Shown here: positions 9,122 through 17,327 of the stretch, piece after piece
Position numbering within the stretch: position 1 is the stretch's first letter
Layout: each line of letters opens with the position of its first letter
NCBI GenBank assembly: GCA_963677925.2
Contig: CAXXYH010000004.1
Span: 32,001 to 96,000 of the forward strand
Direction of reading: 5' to 3'
Origin: Spirochaetia bacterium
Lineage (GTDB): Bacteria > Spirochaetota > Spirochaetia > UBA9216
DNA length: 64,000 nt
Program-made: the position numbers and the translations under genes
The notes under the pieces: generated by a model
The model's input: the letters and a program-made list of their open reading frames with translations, nothing else
What the model was told of the DNA's origin: nothing
Database searches by the model: none

Positions 9122-9487
9122 ATGCTTACTATCCTTACAGAAATTTTTATTATATTCACAATAGCTTCCGCGGGTATGCTTGCATCACTAATTCCCGGCT
9201 TTCCATTTCCGGGACCTGTTGCCGGTATGCTGATAATGGCGGTTCTGCTTGTTACCGGAATTCTCGATCTTAAAAAGATTCATAGGACAGCAGATTTTTT
9301 CACGGCATCTCTTCCGCTTTTTTTTATACCGCTTATCATCAATCTTATGAAAGAAACCGAGATACTTGGAAAATACGGACTGAAGATCAGCCTCATTGTC
9401 ATTATTTCAACTGTACTCACCATGGCAGTGACAGCCCTTACAGTCAGCCTGCTCTTCAGACTTTCCGCCCAAAAGGATAAAAGCTGA
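9122..9487 (+). CDS. lrgA: CidA/LrgA family holin-like membrane protein
   Basis: PFPGPVAGM, LPLFFIP, four TM segments; coupled to LrgB. Confidence 0.85.
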   Translation: MLTILTEIFIIFTIASAGMLASLIPGFPFPGPVAGMLIMAVLLVTGILDLKKIHRTADFFTASLPLFFIPLIINLMKETEILGKYGLKISLIVIISTVLTMAVTALTVSLLFRLSAQKDKS

Positions 9488-10179
9488 TGGAAGCATTTTT
9501 TTCTTCACCGCTTTTCGGAATAACAATAACACTTGCTGCCTATACCCTGGCCAGAGCAATCTACCTTAAGTTCTCTCTGTCTTTTCTGCATCCGGTAATA
9601 ACCGGTTCTGCATTTATCATTATATTTCTGTTTCTGACAGGAATATCGCTTGAAAACTATCAGCGCGGCGGAACAATAATTTCTTTTATGCTTATTCCGG
9701 CAACAGTATCACTTGCAGTTCCCCTGTACAGACAGTTCCACATTCTAAAAAGACATGCTGCAATTCTTATTGCTGGCATATTTGCCGGTTCATTAACATC
9801 GATATTCAGTGTTATTCTACTTTCAAAAGTGTTCGGCCTGCCTGAAGAACTGATGCTTTCACTGGTTCCCAAATCTGTCACAACGCCTATTGCAGTGGAA
9901 ATCTCTGCAGGAATCGGAGGTCTGCCTTCAATCACAGCTCTGTCGGTAATAATTACCGGGATTCTCGGCGCCATAATTGGCCCCGGACTGCTTGGAATCC
10001 TTAAAATCAGAAACGCGACATCCAGGGGAATTGCAATGGGAACGGCTGCTCACGCTATAGGAACCTCCAGAGCCCTGGAGCTGGGCGAAACAGAGGGAGC
10101 AATGAGCAGCCTTGCTATCGGAATGGCGGGACTGGTTACAGTACTTATTGCTCCGCTAATTATTTCAATTCTGCCTTAA
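9487..10179 (+). CDS. lrgB: LrgB family membrane protein
   Basis: PATVSLAVPLY, PKSVTTPIA, GTAAHAIGT. Confidence 0.92.
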   Translation: MEAFFSSPLFGITITLAAYTLARAIYLKFSLSFLHPVITGSAFIIIFLFLTGISLENYQRGGTIISFMLIPATVSLAVPLYRQFHILKRHAAILIAGIFAGSLTSIFSVILLSKVFGLPEELMLSLVPKSVTTPIAVEISAGIGGLPSITALSVIITGILGAIIGPGLLGILKIRNATSRGIAMGTAAHAIGTSRALELGETEGAMSSLAIGMAGLVTVLIAPLIISILP

Positions 10180-11482
10180 GCTCACGGCCGCGTTCTTCCA
10201 TCAGCTCAAGCATCTCTTTCCGGTCTTTGTTAATGGAAAAAATAACACCTATAAAAAGAAGGCTGCAGAGGAACCAGAAACTTATTGCCATATTCACCAT
10301 CAGACCGTAGCTTGAAGTTGCGGCAAGTACCGCACCGCCGATAGCAGGACCAAAGCCCTTTCCGATATTATCAGTAAGATTAAAAACCGCAAAGACCGAA
10401 CCGCGGTGCTCAGGTCGGTTCACATTCATCAGCATAGCCTTGTTATTACTTGAAGCCGTAGCAATACAGGCTCCTCCCAGCAGACTTAAAGCCATTACAA
10501 TAACCGGTGATGAAAAAGGAATATTGAAGAATATAAAACAGGGAATAGTTCCTGCCATTATTCCGATTGTACACAGAAGCGGAAGGTATGAAGGCTTTTT
10601 TGAAAAAAGCTTATCACCGATAAAGGCCCAGAAAAGTCCTCCGGTTACAACGCCTACGCCGAAGAGCTCCCATATGAGGGTTGCTTCAGCCTGACCCATT
10701 CCCTGAGTCTCCCGGAAAAAAGTAATAACCCAGAACGTAAGAATACCCCAGGGGATAGTTCCGGGAATTCCCTGAAGAAACAGAAAAAGATTTGTCCGCT
10801 TTTTAAGGACATGCCTGAAATCAGAAAGCTTGATTTTATGGTTGTATTCAGCACCTGAATGAAGCGCTTCAGCAAGAGCCTTCTCCGACGAGCCGCGTTC
10901 CGGAGATCGGGCAATCAGTCCGAAGAGCAGAACAACTGGAAAGTTGGGAACAGCAGCAAGTATGAATGCAAGCCGCCAGCCGTAGCCGGAAGCCAGGCCG
11001 ATGTTTGCCATGATGGGGCCGACCATTGTACCAAGCCCCCACGCTATATCAATAAACGCAACAGCTTTCGCCCGGTGCCTGTCAGTAAAGTAGTCGGAAA
11101 CCAGACTGAAAAGAAGCGGATATATTCCGCCTACCCCTATACCGGTAAGTATTCTCATAATTACATATCCCTGAAAGCTGGCAGTAAAAAACTTAATACC
11201 GGTCAGGAAGCAGGGAATCTCGCCAATAAGAACAACCGCCATAAGCAGCTGCTTTCTGGCGGATTTATCTGAAAAGTATCCGAATATGATACTAAGAGCC
11301 GCTCCTAATAAAGTGAAAGCCGAAGCAACATAACTGATTGAAGCATTGGGAACACCGTATTCCGCAGCAAGCTCAGGGACGATGGCAGGTGTAATATAAA
11401 GATCGCATTGCAAGAAGAAGGACATAAGGACCATCAGGCCCAGGGTTACTTTATCTCTTGAACCAAGTTTAAATTCAGACAT
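10160..11482 (-). CDS. MFS transporter
   Basis: About 12 hydrophobic segments, motif A GYFSDKSARK, RILTGIGVGG. Confidence 0.88.
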   Translation of the reverse strand: MSEFKLGSRDKVTLGLMVLMSFFLQCDLYITPAIVPELAAEYGVPNASISYVASAFTLLGAALSIIFGYFSDKSARKQLLMAVVLIGEIPCFLTGIKFFTASFQGYVIMRILTGIGVGGIYPLLFSLVSDYFTDRHRAKAVAFIDIAWGLGTMVGPIMANIGLASGYGWRLAFILAAVPNFPVVLLFGLIARSPERGSSEKALAEALHSGAEYNHKIKLSDFRHVLKKRTNLFLFLQGIPGTIPWGILTFWVITFFRETQGMGQAEATLIWELFGVGVVTGGLFWAFIGDKLFSKKPSYLPLLCTIGIMAGTIPCFIFFNIPFSSPVIVMALSLLGGACIATASSNNKAMLMNVNRPEHRGSVFAVFNLTDNIGKGFGPAIGGAVLAATSSYGLMVNMAISFWFLCSLLFIGVIFSINKDRKEMLELMEERGRELKAELK

Positions 11483-11552
11483 TTTGACTCTCCAATATTT
11501 GATTTTATACCGGGATGAGCAGGTTTGGAAAGAAAGTTATGTAAATTTGAAG

Positions 11553-11584
11553 TAAAGAAAGGCTCCGCCGGTATAGCGGAGCCT
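11553..11584 (-). terminator. Intrinsic terminator of the ECF/caspase operon
   Basis: AGGCTCCGC-7 nt-GCGGAGCCT stem with a T-rich tail on the minus strand. Confidence 0.7.
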
Positions 11585-11611
11585 GATAAATAACTGATTG
11601 AGGGGTGCTTA

Positions 11612-14065
11612 CTAAAGCCTGACCCCAAGAAAAAAGGATGGAAAAACTTCCATTGTATTATAGCTGTCAAAATCAACCTGCATCATAGGCTGGCCGGAAT
11701 TGAATGAAGATATGCTTGAACCGAGGTCGTAACTGACGCCGCTCTCATTTCCGAAGAGATGAAAGTCCCAGTTCACACCGGCGAATATAGACATTGAACC
11801 GAAGAGCTTGAATCCGCCGCTTAATCTTGCTGCAGGATAATAGTCTGCAGTGCCCTCAAAAACACTCTTAACATTATTCTCTACGCTGCCCATACCGTAT
11901 CCGACGGCCTTGGCATAGATGTCCATGTCAAAATAAAGTCTTTCACCGCCGATTTCCAGGCCCATTCCAAGACCCAAAGTGGACGCAAGCTCGGGAGTTT
12001 CGCTGTGATATCCAAAGTTCATGAATGTATAAACTGAAGAGGTCCCAAGCTGGTAGCTGATGTTTCCAAAACCGAGGTCGTCCCAGGAGAATGAAACATC
12101 GTTCAGTCCGTTTCCGCTTATATTTATAAGACCTATAGGCAGTCCGTAGAGCTCATCGCTGATATTGACAAGACCTACCTGGAGGCCGTAAACCTTTCCG
12201 CCGAAGTTGAAAAGTCCTGCCTGAAAACCATTAACATTCTCAGCTACGTTGAAAATACCTGCACCCTGAGCACCGTAAACATTGCCCTCTGCAATATTGA
12301 ATATTCCTGAAAGCTGAAGACCTCTGACATCACGTTCTGCAACATTAAAGATTCCGGCAGCCTGCAGGAAGGCAACATCCCTTGCAGAGTTCCATATGCC
12401 GGATATCTGTGCACCCATCACATCCATTTCTGTGGCATTCCATATACCTGAAATCTGAAAACCGTCCACATTATCATCAGCGGAACTGAATATGCCGCCT
12501 ATCTGAAAACCGTCAACAGTTCCTGATGTCTCTGCAAATATTCCGCCAATCTGAAAGCCCTTCATGCTTTTTTCAGTAGTCGCACCAATGAGCCCCAGCT
12601 GTATACCTGATACATCTTTCTCTGATGCAACAAAGCCGAGTGAAAATTTAGCAGGATCATAATCAGGGGCTTTTTCTCTGTCAGAAGAAGCAGTAGAGGA
12701 GCTGTCTGAGGCGGCAATATACGCATCGCCGGTTTCTCGCTGAACGTTTATAAGAACGGTTTCATCTGGAGCGGAATCATTATTATCGTTGATGGAAGCT
12801 TCACCGGAGCTTTCACTCATGCCGGCGGCTTCAAGCGCCCTTCTCCGTGCACGTTCTGCAATTTCATCCAGCTCAGAGGCTGTTCTTGAAATGTCATCTT
12901 CACCGTTTACAGAAGCAGTTTCTTCAGTCAACGCCGGTGCTGGCAGGGTATCAACAGCAACAAATGTTCCTCCGCGTGATGTTGTCACCTTGCCCGGAAC
13001 CGGGTAAAACTCATCTTTCTGTACAATAACCTTGGCTCCGCCGGAAAGCATCAGGTCTGCGGAAAGCAGCTGATCACCGTCGTCGAGAATCATTGAATAT
13101 CTTCCGGGTGCAATTGAAACAGCAAGCGGAGCACCCTCTATTTTTTTCAGCTCAACGACAAGGCGGCCTGCGCTGTCCCGTACAAAAATCCGGCCGCGGA
13201 GATTCTTTTCAAACATTATCTGTTCAGAAACTTCTCTCAGATCGGTAAGGATAAGTTCTCCGGTTCCGGCAAGCTGGATATCATATGAAGGATGCTGGGG
13301 GCCGGCAAGGGTATCTTCTGTTCTTGCCAGAGTTTCAGCAGCCGCATATGAATAAGCCTCATTAAGAGTTACAGTACCGTCAAAGGTGCTGTCGGCAGCG
13401 CCCCTGAGCGCAGTGATTAAATAATGCGTGAAGAAAGAGGCACCGAGGTCATCAGATTCCTGGGCAGCTTCATCTTCCGAACTTGAAGTCAGGAAGGCGT
13501 GTCCTGAAGCGTCCACTGATTCATCGGATAGAAAGGGGGATCTTCTTACACCACCCTTCATTCGGGTGAAAGCTCCTGATGAGCAGGAGTCGAGAACTGC
13601 AATATTTACATCAGCACCGACAGAATCAATAAGTTCCTTAAGATCTTCATACTTCATTACCGAGTCGCCGAGCAGAAGACCCTTTTCATCTGAATGACCA
13701 GAATAATAGAAGAAAAACTCGGAACGCTTTACTTCGGTATCGTTGCTCACATTTCTTTTTAGGGTGGAAATTGTATCTTTAAGAAGGGCCGGTGACGGAT
13801 CTGTTAAAACAATACCGTCGGCAGGCATTACACCGCCGAGCCGCTGCATAACATCAGAAAGAGCCCTTGCATCAGTTACAGCATATGAAAGGGTTACTCT
13901 TTCGTGACCGCCGTAATTGGAGCCTACATACACTGCGTATCTTCTCATAACTGAGGTTTGTGCAGAGGCGCCTGCCGCTGATACAAGAAAAAGCAGGCAT
14001 ATAAATCCGATTATACTTATCTGAAGAAGCATCTTCTTCAGGACATCTTTTACAAGGCTTTTCAT
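11612..14065 (-). CDS. Exported caspase-family (peptidase C14) protease with C-terminal Gly-rich repeats and putative beta-barrel/anchor region
   Basis: Signal peptide (..GASA-Q); FYYSGHS (His) and VLDSCSSG (Cys) dyad; AQES...SFFTH; ~11 GxQ(I/L)xG(I/L)(F/W)N repeats; ends FFLGVRL. Confidence 0.85.
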   Translation of the reverse strand: MKSLVKDVLKKMLLQISIIGFICLLFLVSAAGASAQTSVMRRYAVYVGSNYGGHERVTLSYAVTDARALSDVMQRLGGVMPADGIVLTDPSPALLKDTISTLKRNVSNDTEVKRSEFFFYYSGHSDEKGLLLGDSVMKYEDLKELIDSVGADVNIAVLDSCSSGAFTRMKGGVRRSPFLSDESVDASGHAFLTSSSEDEAAQESDDLGASFFTHYLITALRGAADSTFDGTVTLNEAYSYAAAETLARTEDTLAGPQHPSYDIQLAGTGELILTDLREVSEQIMFEKNLRGRIFVRDSAGRLVVELKKIEGAPLAVSIAPGRYSMILDDGDQLLSADLMLSGGAKVIVQKDEFYPVPGKVTTSRGGTFVAVDTLPAPALTEETASVNGEDDISRTASELDEIAERARRRALEAAGMSESSGEASINDNNDSAPDETVLINVQRETGDAYIAASDSSSTASSDREKAPDYDPAKFSLGFVASEKDVSGIQLGLIGATTEKSMKGFQIGGIFAETSGTVDGFQIGGIFSSADDNVDGFQISGIWNATEMDVMGAQISGIWNSARDVAFLQAAGIFNVAERDVRGLQLSGIFNIAEGNVYGAQGAGIFNVAENVNGFQAGLFNFGGKVYGLQVGLVNISDELYGLPIGLINISGNGLNDVSFSWDDLGFGNISYQLGTSSVYTFMNFGYHSETPELASTLGLGMGLEIGGERLYFDMDIYAKAVGYGMGSVENNVKSVFEGTADYYPAARLSGGFKLFGSMSIFAGVNWDFHLFGNESGVSYDLGSSISSFNSGQPMMQVDFDSYNTMEVFPSFFLGVRL
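12115..12610 (-). repeat. Coding tandem repeats (~13-17 aa units, GFQIGGIF/GAQISGIWN type; LA_2272-like surface repeat)
   Basis: GIQLGLIG, GFQIGGIF x2, GFQISGIWN, GAQISGIWN, LQAAGIFN, GLQLSGIFN, GAQGAGIFN, GFQAGLFN, GLQVGLVN, GLPIGLIN. Confidence 0.8.
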
Positions 14066-14856
14066 CTTTCAGCCCCCTTCTTTAATAAGATTGTTGTCTG
14101 GTAGTATTCTTCAGGGATATCAAGAAAACTACGTCTTGCCGAACTGTTTGATGAAGCCAGCTCATAAGCTGCGTCAAGAACTTCATCGGCATTGAACCAG
14201 TCTCCTCCGGCTATAAAGAAGAATCTTTCAAATTCCGGAGCATCATCAAGCTCATAGGCATACGGCAGAAGAACAGCCCCGTTGTTATCGAGCTCTGGTT
14301 TTATTCCGCTGTATGAGGGATAGTGCATGGTAACAGTACCCCGTCCGTCGATTGAAAAAATCAGGCCGTACCTGTAGCCGCCGGCAATGTATTCAATCTG
14401 CAGAAGATCCTTTTCGGCAACGGTGTCCCTGTTTTCAAGGATTTCAGCAGAACCGCTGAGGCTCCGGTATATTTTAAGAGAGGGCTTCATGCCCTTAATT
14501 CTTTCAGTTGCATTTACATCCGGAGTCGCTCCTGTTCCGCCTGTGCTCACCGGAGCGTTGAAAAAACTGAATCCGAATATAACAACAACCGCTGCAGCGG
14601 CTGCCAGGGCAGAAATCCGGAAAACCGGAAACTTCAGAATCTTTGAGCCATTGCTTTGTTCACTTCTTTCCTTAATTGAATCAACTGCCTCATCTACGGG
14701 AAATTTTTTAAAGAAATCTTTATCTGAGTCATCCAGTTCTCTCAGGAGTCTTTCAAGTTCATTCGGATCTTCAAAACTGTCTTCGAACCGCTTTTTTTCT
14801 TCATCTTTCAGTTCGCCCAGTTTGTATTGCTCAAGAAACAGCTTTCCAGGTTTCAT
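14062..14856 (-). CDS. Putative membrane anti-sigma factor with extracytoplasmic DUF4384-like domain
   Basis: N-terminal LEQYKLGEL helix, single TM (ALAAAAAVVVIFGF), then RIKG and a beta-rich domain (DLLQIEY, IFSIDGRG..MHYP, LDDAP.FERFF); directly downstream of ECF sigma. Confidence 0.7.
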   Translation of the reverse strand: MKPGKLFLEQYKLGELKDEEKKRFEDSFEDPNELERLLRELDDSDKDFFKKFPVDEAVDSIKERSEQSNGSKILKFPVFRISALAAAAAVVVIFGFSFFNAPVSTGGTGATPDVNATERIKGMKPSLKIYRSLSGSAEILENRDTVAEKDLLQIEYIAGGYRYGLIFSIDGRGTVTMHYPSYSGIKPELDNNGAVLLPYAYELDDAPEFERFFFIAGGDWFNADEVLDAAYELASSNSSARRSFLDIPEEYYQTTILLKKGAER

Positions 14857-14859
14857 AGA

Positions 14860-15336
14860 TTATTCCTCCTTAAGCGCAAGACCCCTCTCACGGAGGCCCC
14901 TTAGCCTTTTTCGGACACCGGAAACGGACATGTTCAAAACACGTGCTGTTTCTTCAAGGGTATAACCCTCAACATAATGCAGCACAGCCATTGTCCTTGT
15001 AGATTCTTTTTCAAGACTGAAAAGCTGTTCAAGAAAATGGTTTGTCAGTACTATTCTCTCATGACTTTCAGTCCCTACAGCGGTTTCAATTATCTCATTA
15101 CCGCTGTCTACAAGACGGTTGACTTTACGGAGTTCATTAAGACAGACGTTTGTAGCTATAGTATACAGAAGGCTTGATGGAGCTCTGTCGTCGAGTGAGT
15201 CTGCTTTTCTGAGTACCTTCACAAATACTTCCTGCATGGCGTCATAGGCGCGATCTTCATCATTTAGAAGCGATTTGCAGCGCCTGAATACCATGGGACC
15301 GTATTTTCTGTAAAATTGTTCTACGTCAATCTTCAA
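14860..15336 (-). CDS. ECF RNA polymerase sigma factor
   Basis: Region 2 (AYDAMQEVFVK...LYTIATNVCLN) and region 4 HTH (GYTLEETARVLNMSVSGVRKRL); 158 aa. Confidence 0.92.
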   Translation of the reverse strand: MKIDVEQFYRKYGPMVFRRCKSLLNDEDRAYDAMQEVFVKVLRKADSLDDRAPSSLLYTIATNVCLNELRKVNRLVDSGNEIIETAVGTESHERIVLTNHFLEQLFSLEKESTRTMAVLHYVEGYTLEETARVLNMSVSGVRKRLRGLRERGLALKEE

Positions 15337-15368
15337 TGAAATCCGTCCCTTTCCATTGTCTATCTATT

Positions 15369-15397
15369 GAACACCATGAAAAGGCTGTGCTGTTACC
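15369..15397 (-). promoter_or_regulatory. Candidate autoregulatory ECF promoter
   Basis: Minus strand GGTAAC, 17 nt spacer, GTGTTC in the 68-bp gap between the parC stop and the ECF start. Confidence 0.4.
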
Positions 15398-15404
15398 GGA
15401 TTCA

Positions 15405-17327
15405 CTATTTTTTTGACTTTTTTTTCACAAACTTGGCGCTCTTTATCTCTTTTGCTGAAAGTCTGACTCCGGCAGCCTTAACACCCTTAACAAGATAGCC
15501 CGAAACGTCGAAACTTTCATCCAGAACCTTCAATCTCGGCTTTTCTTTATAGGTAACAGCGGCCTCAACATCCTCTTTGGTTGTAAGTTTGATTATTTTA
15601 TTTCCCTCGGGAATCAGTTCATATGATTTATCAAGTATGAACTTCTCAATCTTACAGCGCTTCAGATGGGCATAGCCTGTTTTATTGTTTTTATAAAGGA
15701 TACTGAAGACCGTTTCTGCCATCTCATCCTTGTCGGCAAGTCCGCAGAAAAGCAGACCCTTGTCTACAAAGAGCTTATCGGGCACGTCGATAACAGAGTA
15801 GACACCGCTTGCCCTTATAACCAGAATACGATCGTAGTTTGATACATTAAAAAGTGTCTTGCCCGATTTAACATCGTAACCGAGATAACCTGTATTGTCA
15901 TCATATGCCAGATTCAGGTTTCTCTGCGCAACCTCGCGGACGTCCACCTTATCAAAAGAAATAACCTCTGTTTTTCGTTTCTGCTCTTCGACAACCCCCT
16001 GAAGAAGGACATCGATAAAAGATACAGCATACTCGGTTATATGCCGCAGATGATGTCTAACTTCCTTCAGCCTTGCCTGAAGCTGGGCCATTTCATCCCT
16101 GGCCTTGTTGATGTCATAAAGCGAGATTCTCCGGATAGGAATTTTAAGCAGTCTTTCAACATCATCCTCGGTAACTTCACGTTTTATTTCATCCATATAG
16201 GGTTCAAATCCCTTGATAACTGTACTGATTACACCGTCTTTGGTTTTCATCGTTTCAATACGTTTATAGATTCTTTCCTCTATGAAAATTCTTTCAAGGG
16301 TTCTTGCATGTATCTTATCAAGAAGTCCGCGTTCCTCAAGCTTCAGCTCATCACGCAGAACTTCAACAATCTGCCCGGCATAATACTTGATAATCTCGGT
16401 GACAGTCATAATGACAGGCAGACCTTTGCGGATAACCAGAAGGTTGACCGATATTGAAACCTCGCAGTCGGTAAATGCATAGAGTGAATCCACAACCTCT
16501 TCGGTATGAACTCCGCGGGCAAGCTTTATTTCAATCTCGGCCTTTTCGGTTGTGAAGTCGGTAATACTTGAAACCTTAATCTTGTTCTGTCTGGCGGCGG
16601 TCTCAATCGAGTTCATAAGCGACTCGGTTGTTGTTCCGAAGGGTATCTCGCGGATAACTATGCGCTTCTCATCGGAAGTATCAAGTTTGGCACGGACAAG
16701 AACCTTTCCATTGCCGTCTTCATAGTTGGAGACATCAACATAGCCGCCTGTGGGAAAATCAGGGTAAAGCTTGAAGGCCTTTCCCTGAAGGCAGGATTTT
16801 ACAGCACCAAGAACTTCTTCATAGTTATGCGGCAGAATCTTTGTGGACATACCTACCGCGATTCCTTCTGCACCGTGAATCAGAATTACCGGAATCTTTG
16901 CTCTGAAGGCGATCGGCTCCTTATTTCTTCCGTCATATGAATCGGTGTACTCTGTAATTTCGGGATTGTAGAGAACCCTCTTTGCCAGCGGAAGAGCCCG
17001 GCACTCAATATACCTCGCAGCAGACGCCGGGTCGCCGGTCAGAATATTGCCGAAGTTTCCCTGTTTGTCTACAAACAGTTCCTTGTTGGCAAGCACTACA
17101 AGAGCTGAATAAATGGAAGCATCGCCATGGGGATGGTATTTCATACAGTGGCCTACAACATTTGCAACCTTATGAAATTTACCGTCATCCATTTCAAACA
17201 GTGAATGAATTATTCTCCGCTGTACAGGTTTAAGTCCGTCCTGCAGGTCAGGAATAGCCCTGTCCTTGATTACGTAAGATGCATATTCAAGAAAATTATC
17301 GTTAAAAAGTTTTTTTACGTATGACAT
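15405..17327 (-). CDS. parC: DNA topoisomerase IV subunit A (short spirochaete-type)
   Basis: DGLKPVQRR, YHPHGD, catalytic AARYIE, GIAVGM; short CTD with no GyrA box seen. Confidence 0.9.
   Translation of the reverse strand: MSYVKKLFNDNFLEYASYVIKDRAIPDLQDGLKPVQRRIIHSLFEMDDGKFHKVANVVGHCMKYHPHGDASIYSALVVLANKELFVDKQGNFGNILTGDPASAARYIECRALPLAKRVLYNPEITEYTDSYDGRNKEPIAFRAKIPVILIHGAEGIAVGMSTKILPHNYEEVLGAVKSCLQGKAFKLYPDFPTGGYVDVSNYEDGNGKVLVRAKLDTSDEKRIVIREIPFGTTTESLMNSIETAARQNKIKVSSITDFTTEKAEIEIKLARGVHTEEVVDSLYAFTDCEVSISVNLLVIRKGLPVIMTVTEIIKYYAGQIVEVLRDELKLEERGLLDKIHARTLERIFIEERIYKRIETMKTKDGVISTVIKGFEPYMDEIKREVTEDDVERLLKIPIRRISLYDINKARDEMAQLQARLKEVRHHLRHITEYAVSFIDVLLQGVVEEQKRKTEVISFDKVDVREVAQRNLNLAYDDNTGYLGYDVKSGKTLFNVSNYDRILVIRASGVYSVIDVPDKLFVDKGLLFCGLADKDEMAETVFSILYKNNKTGYAHLKRCKIEKFILDKSYELIPEGNKIIKLTTKEDVEAAVTYKEKPRLKVLDESFDVSGYLVKGVKAAGVRLSAKEIKSAKFVKKKSKK

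Noticed and set aside
14387-14965. 192-aa plus-strand ORF and many similar short antisense ORFs in the track
   Set aside because: They overlap recognisable genes on the opposite strand or frame and have no independent evidence.
11612-15336. Anti-phage caspase/gasdermin-type defence system
   Set aside because: The protease has a signal peptide and no effector, NTPase or cyclase gene is adjacent; the context points to ECF signalling.
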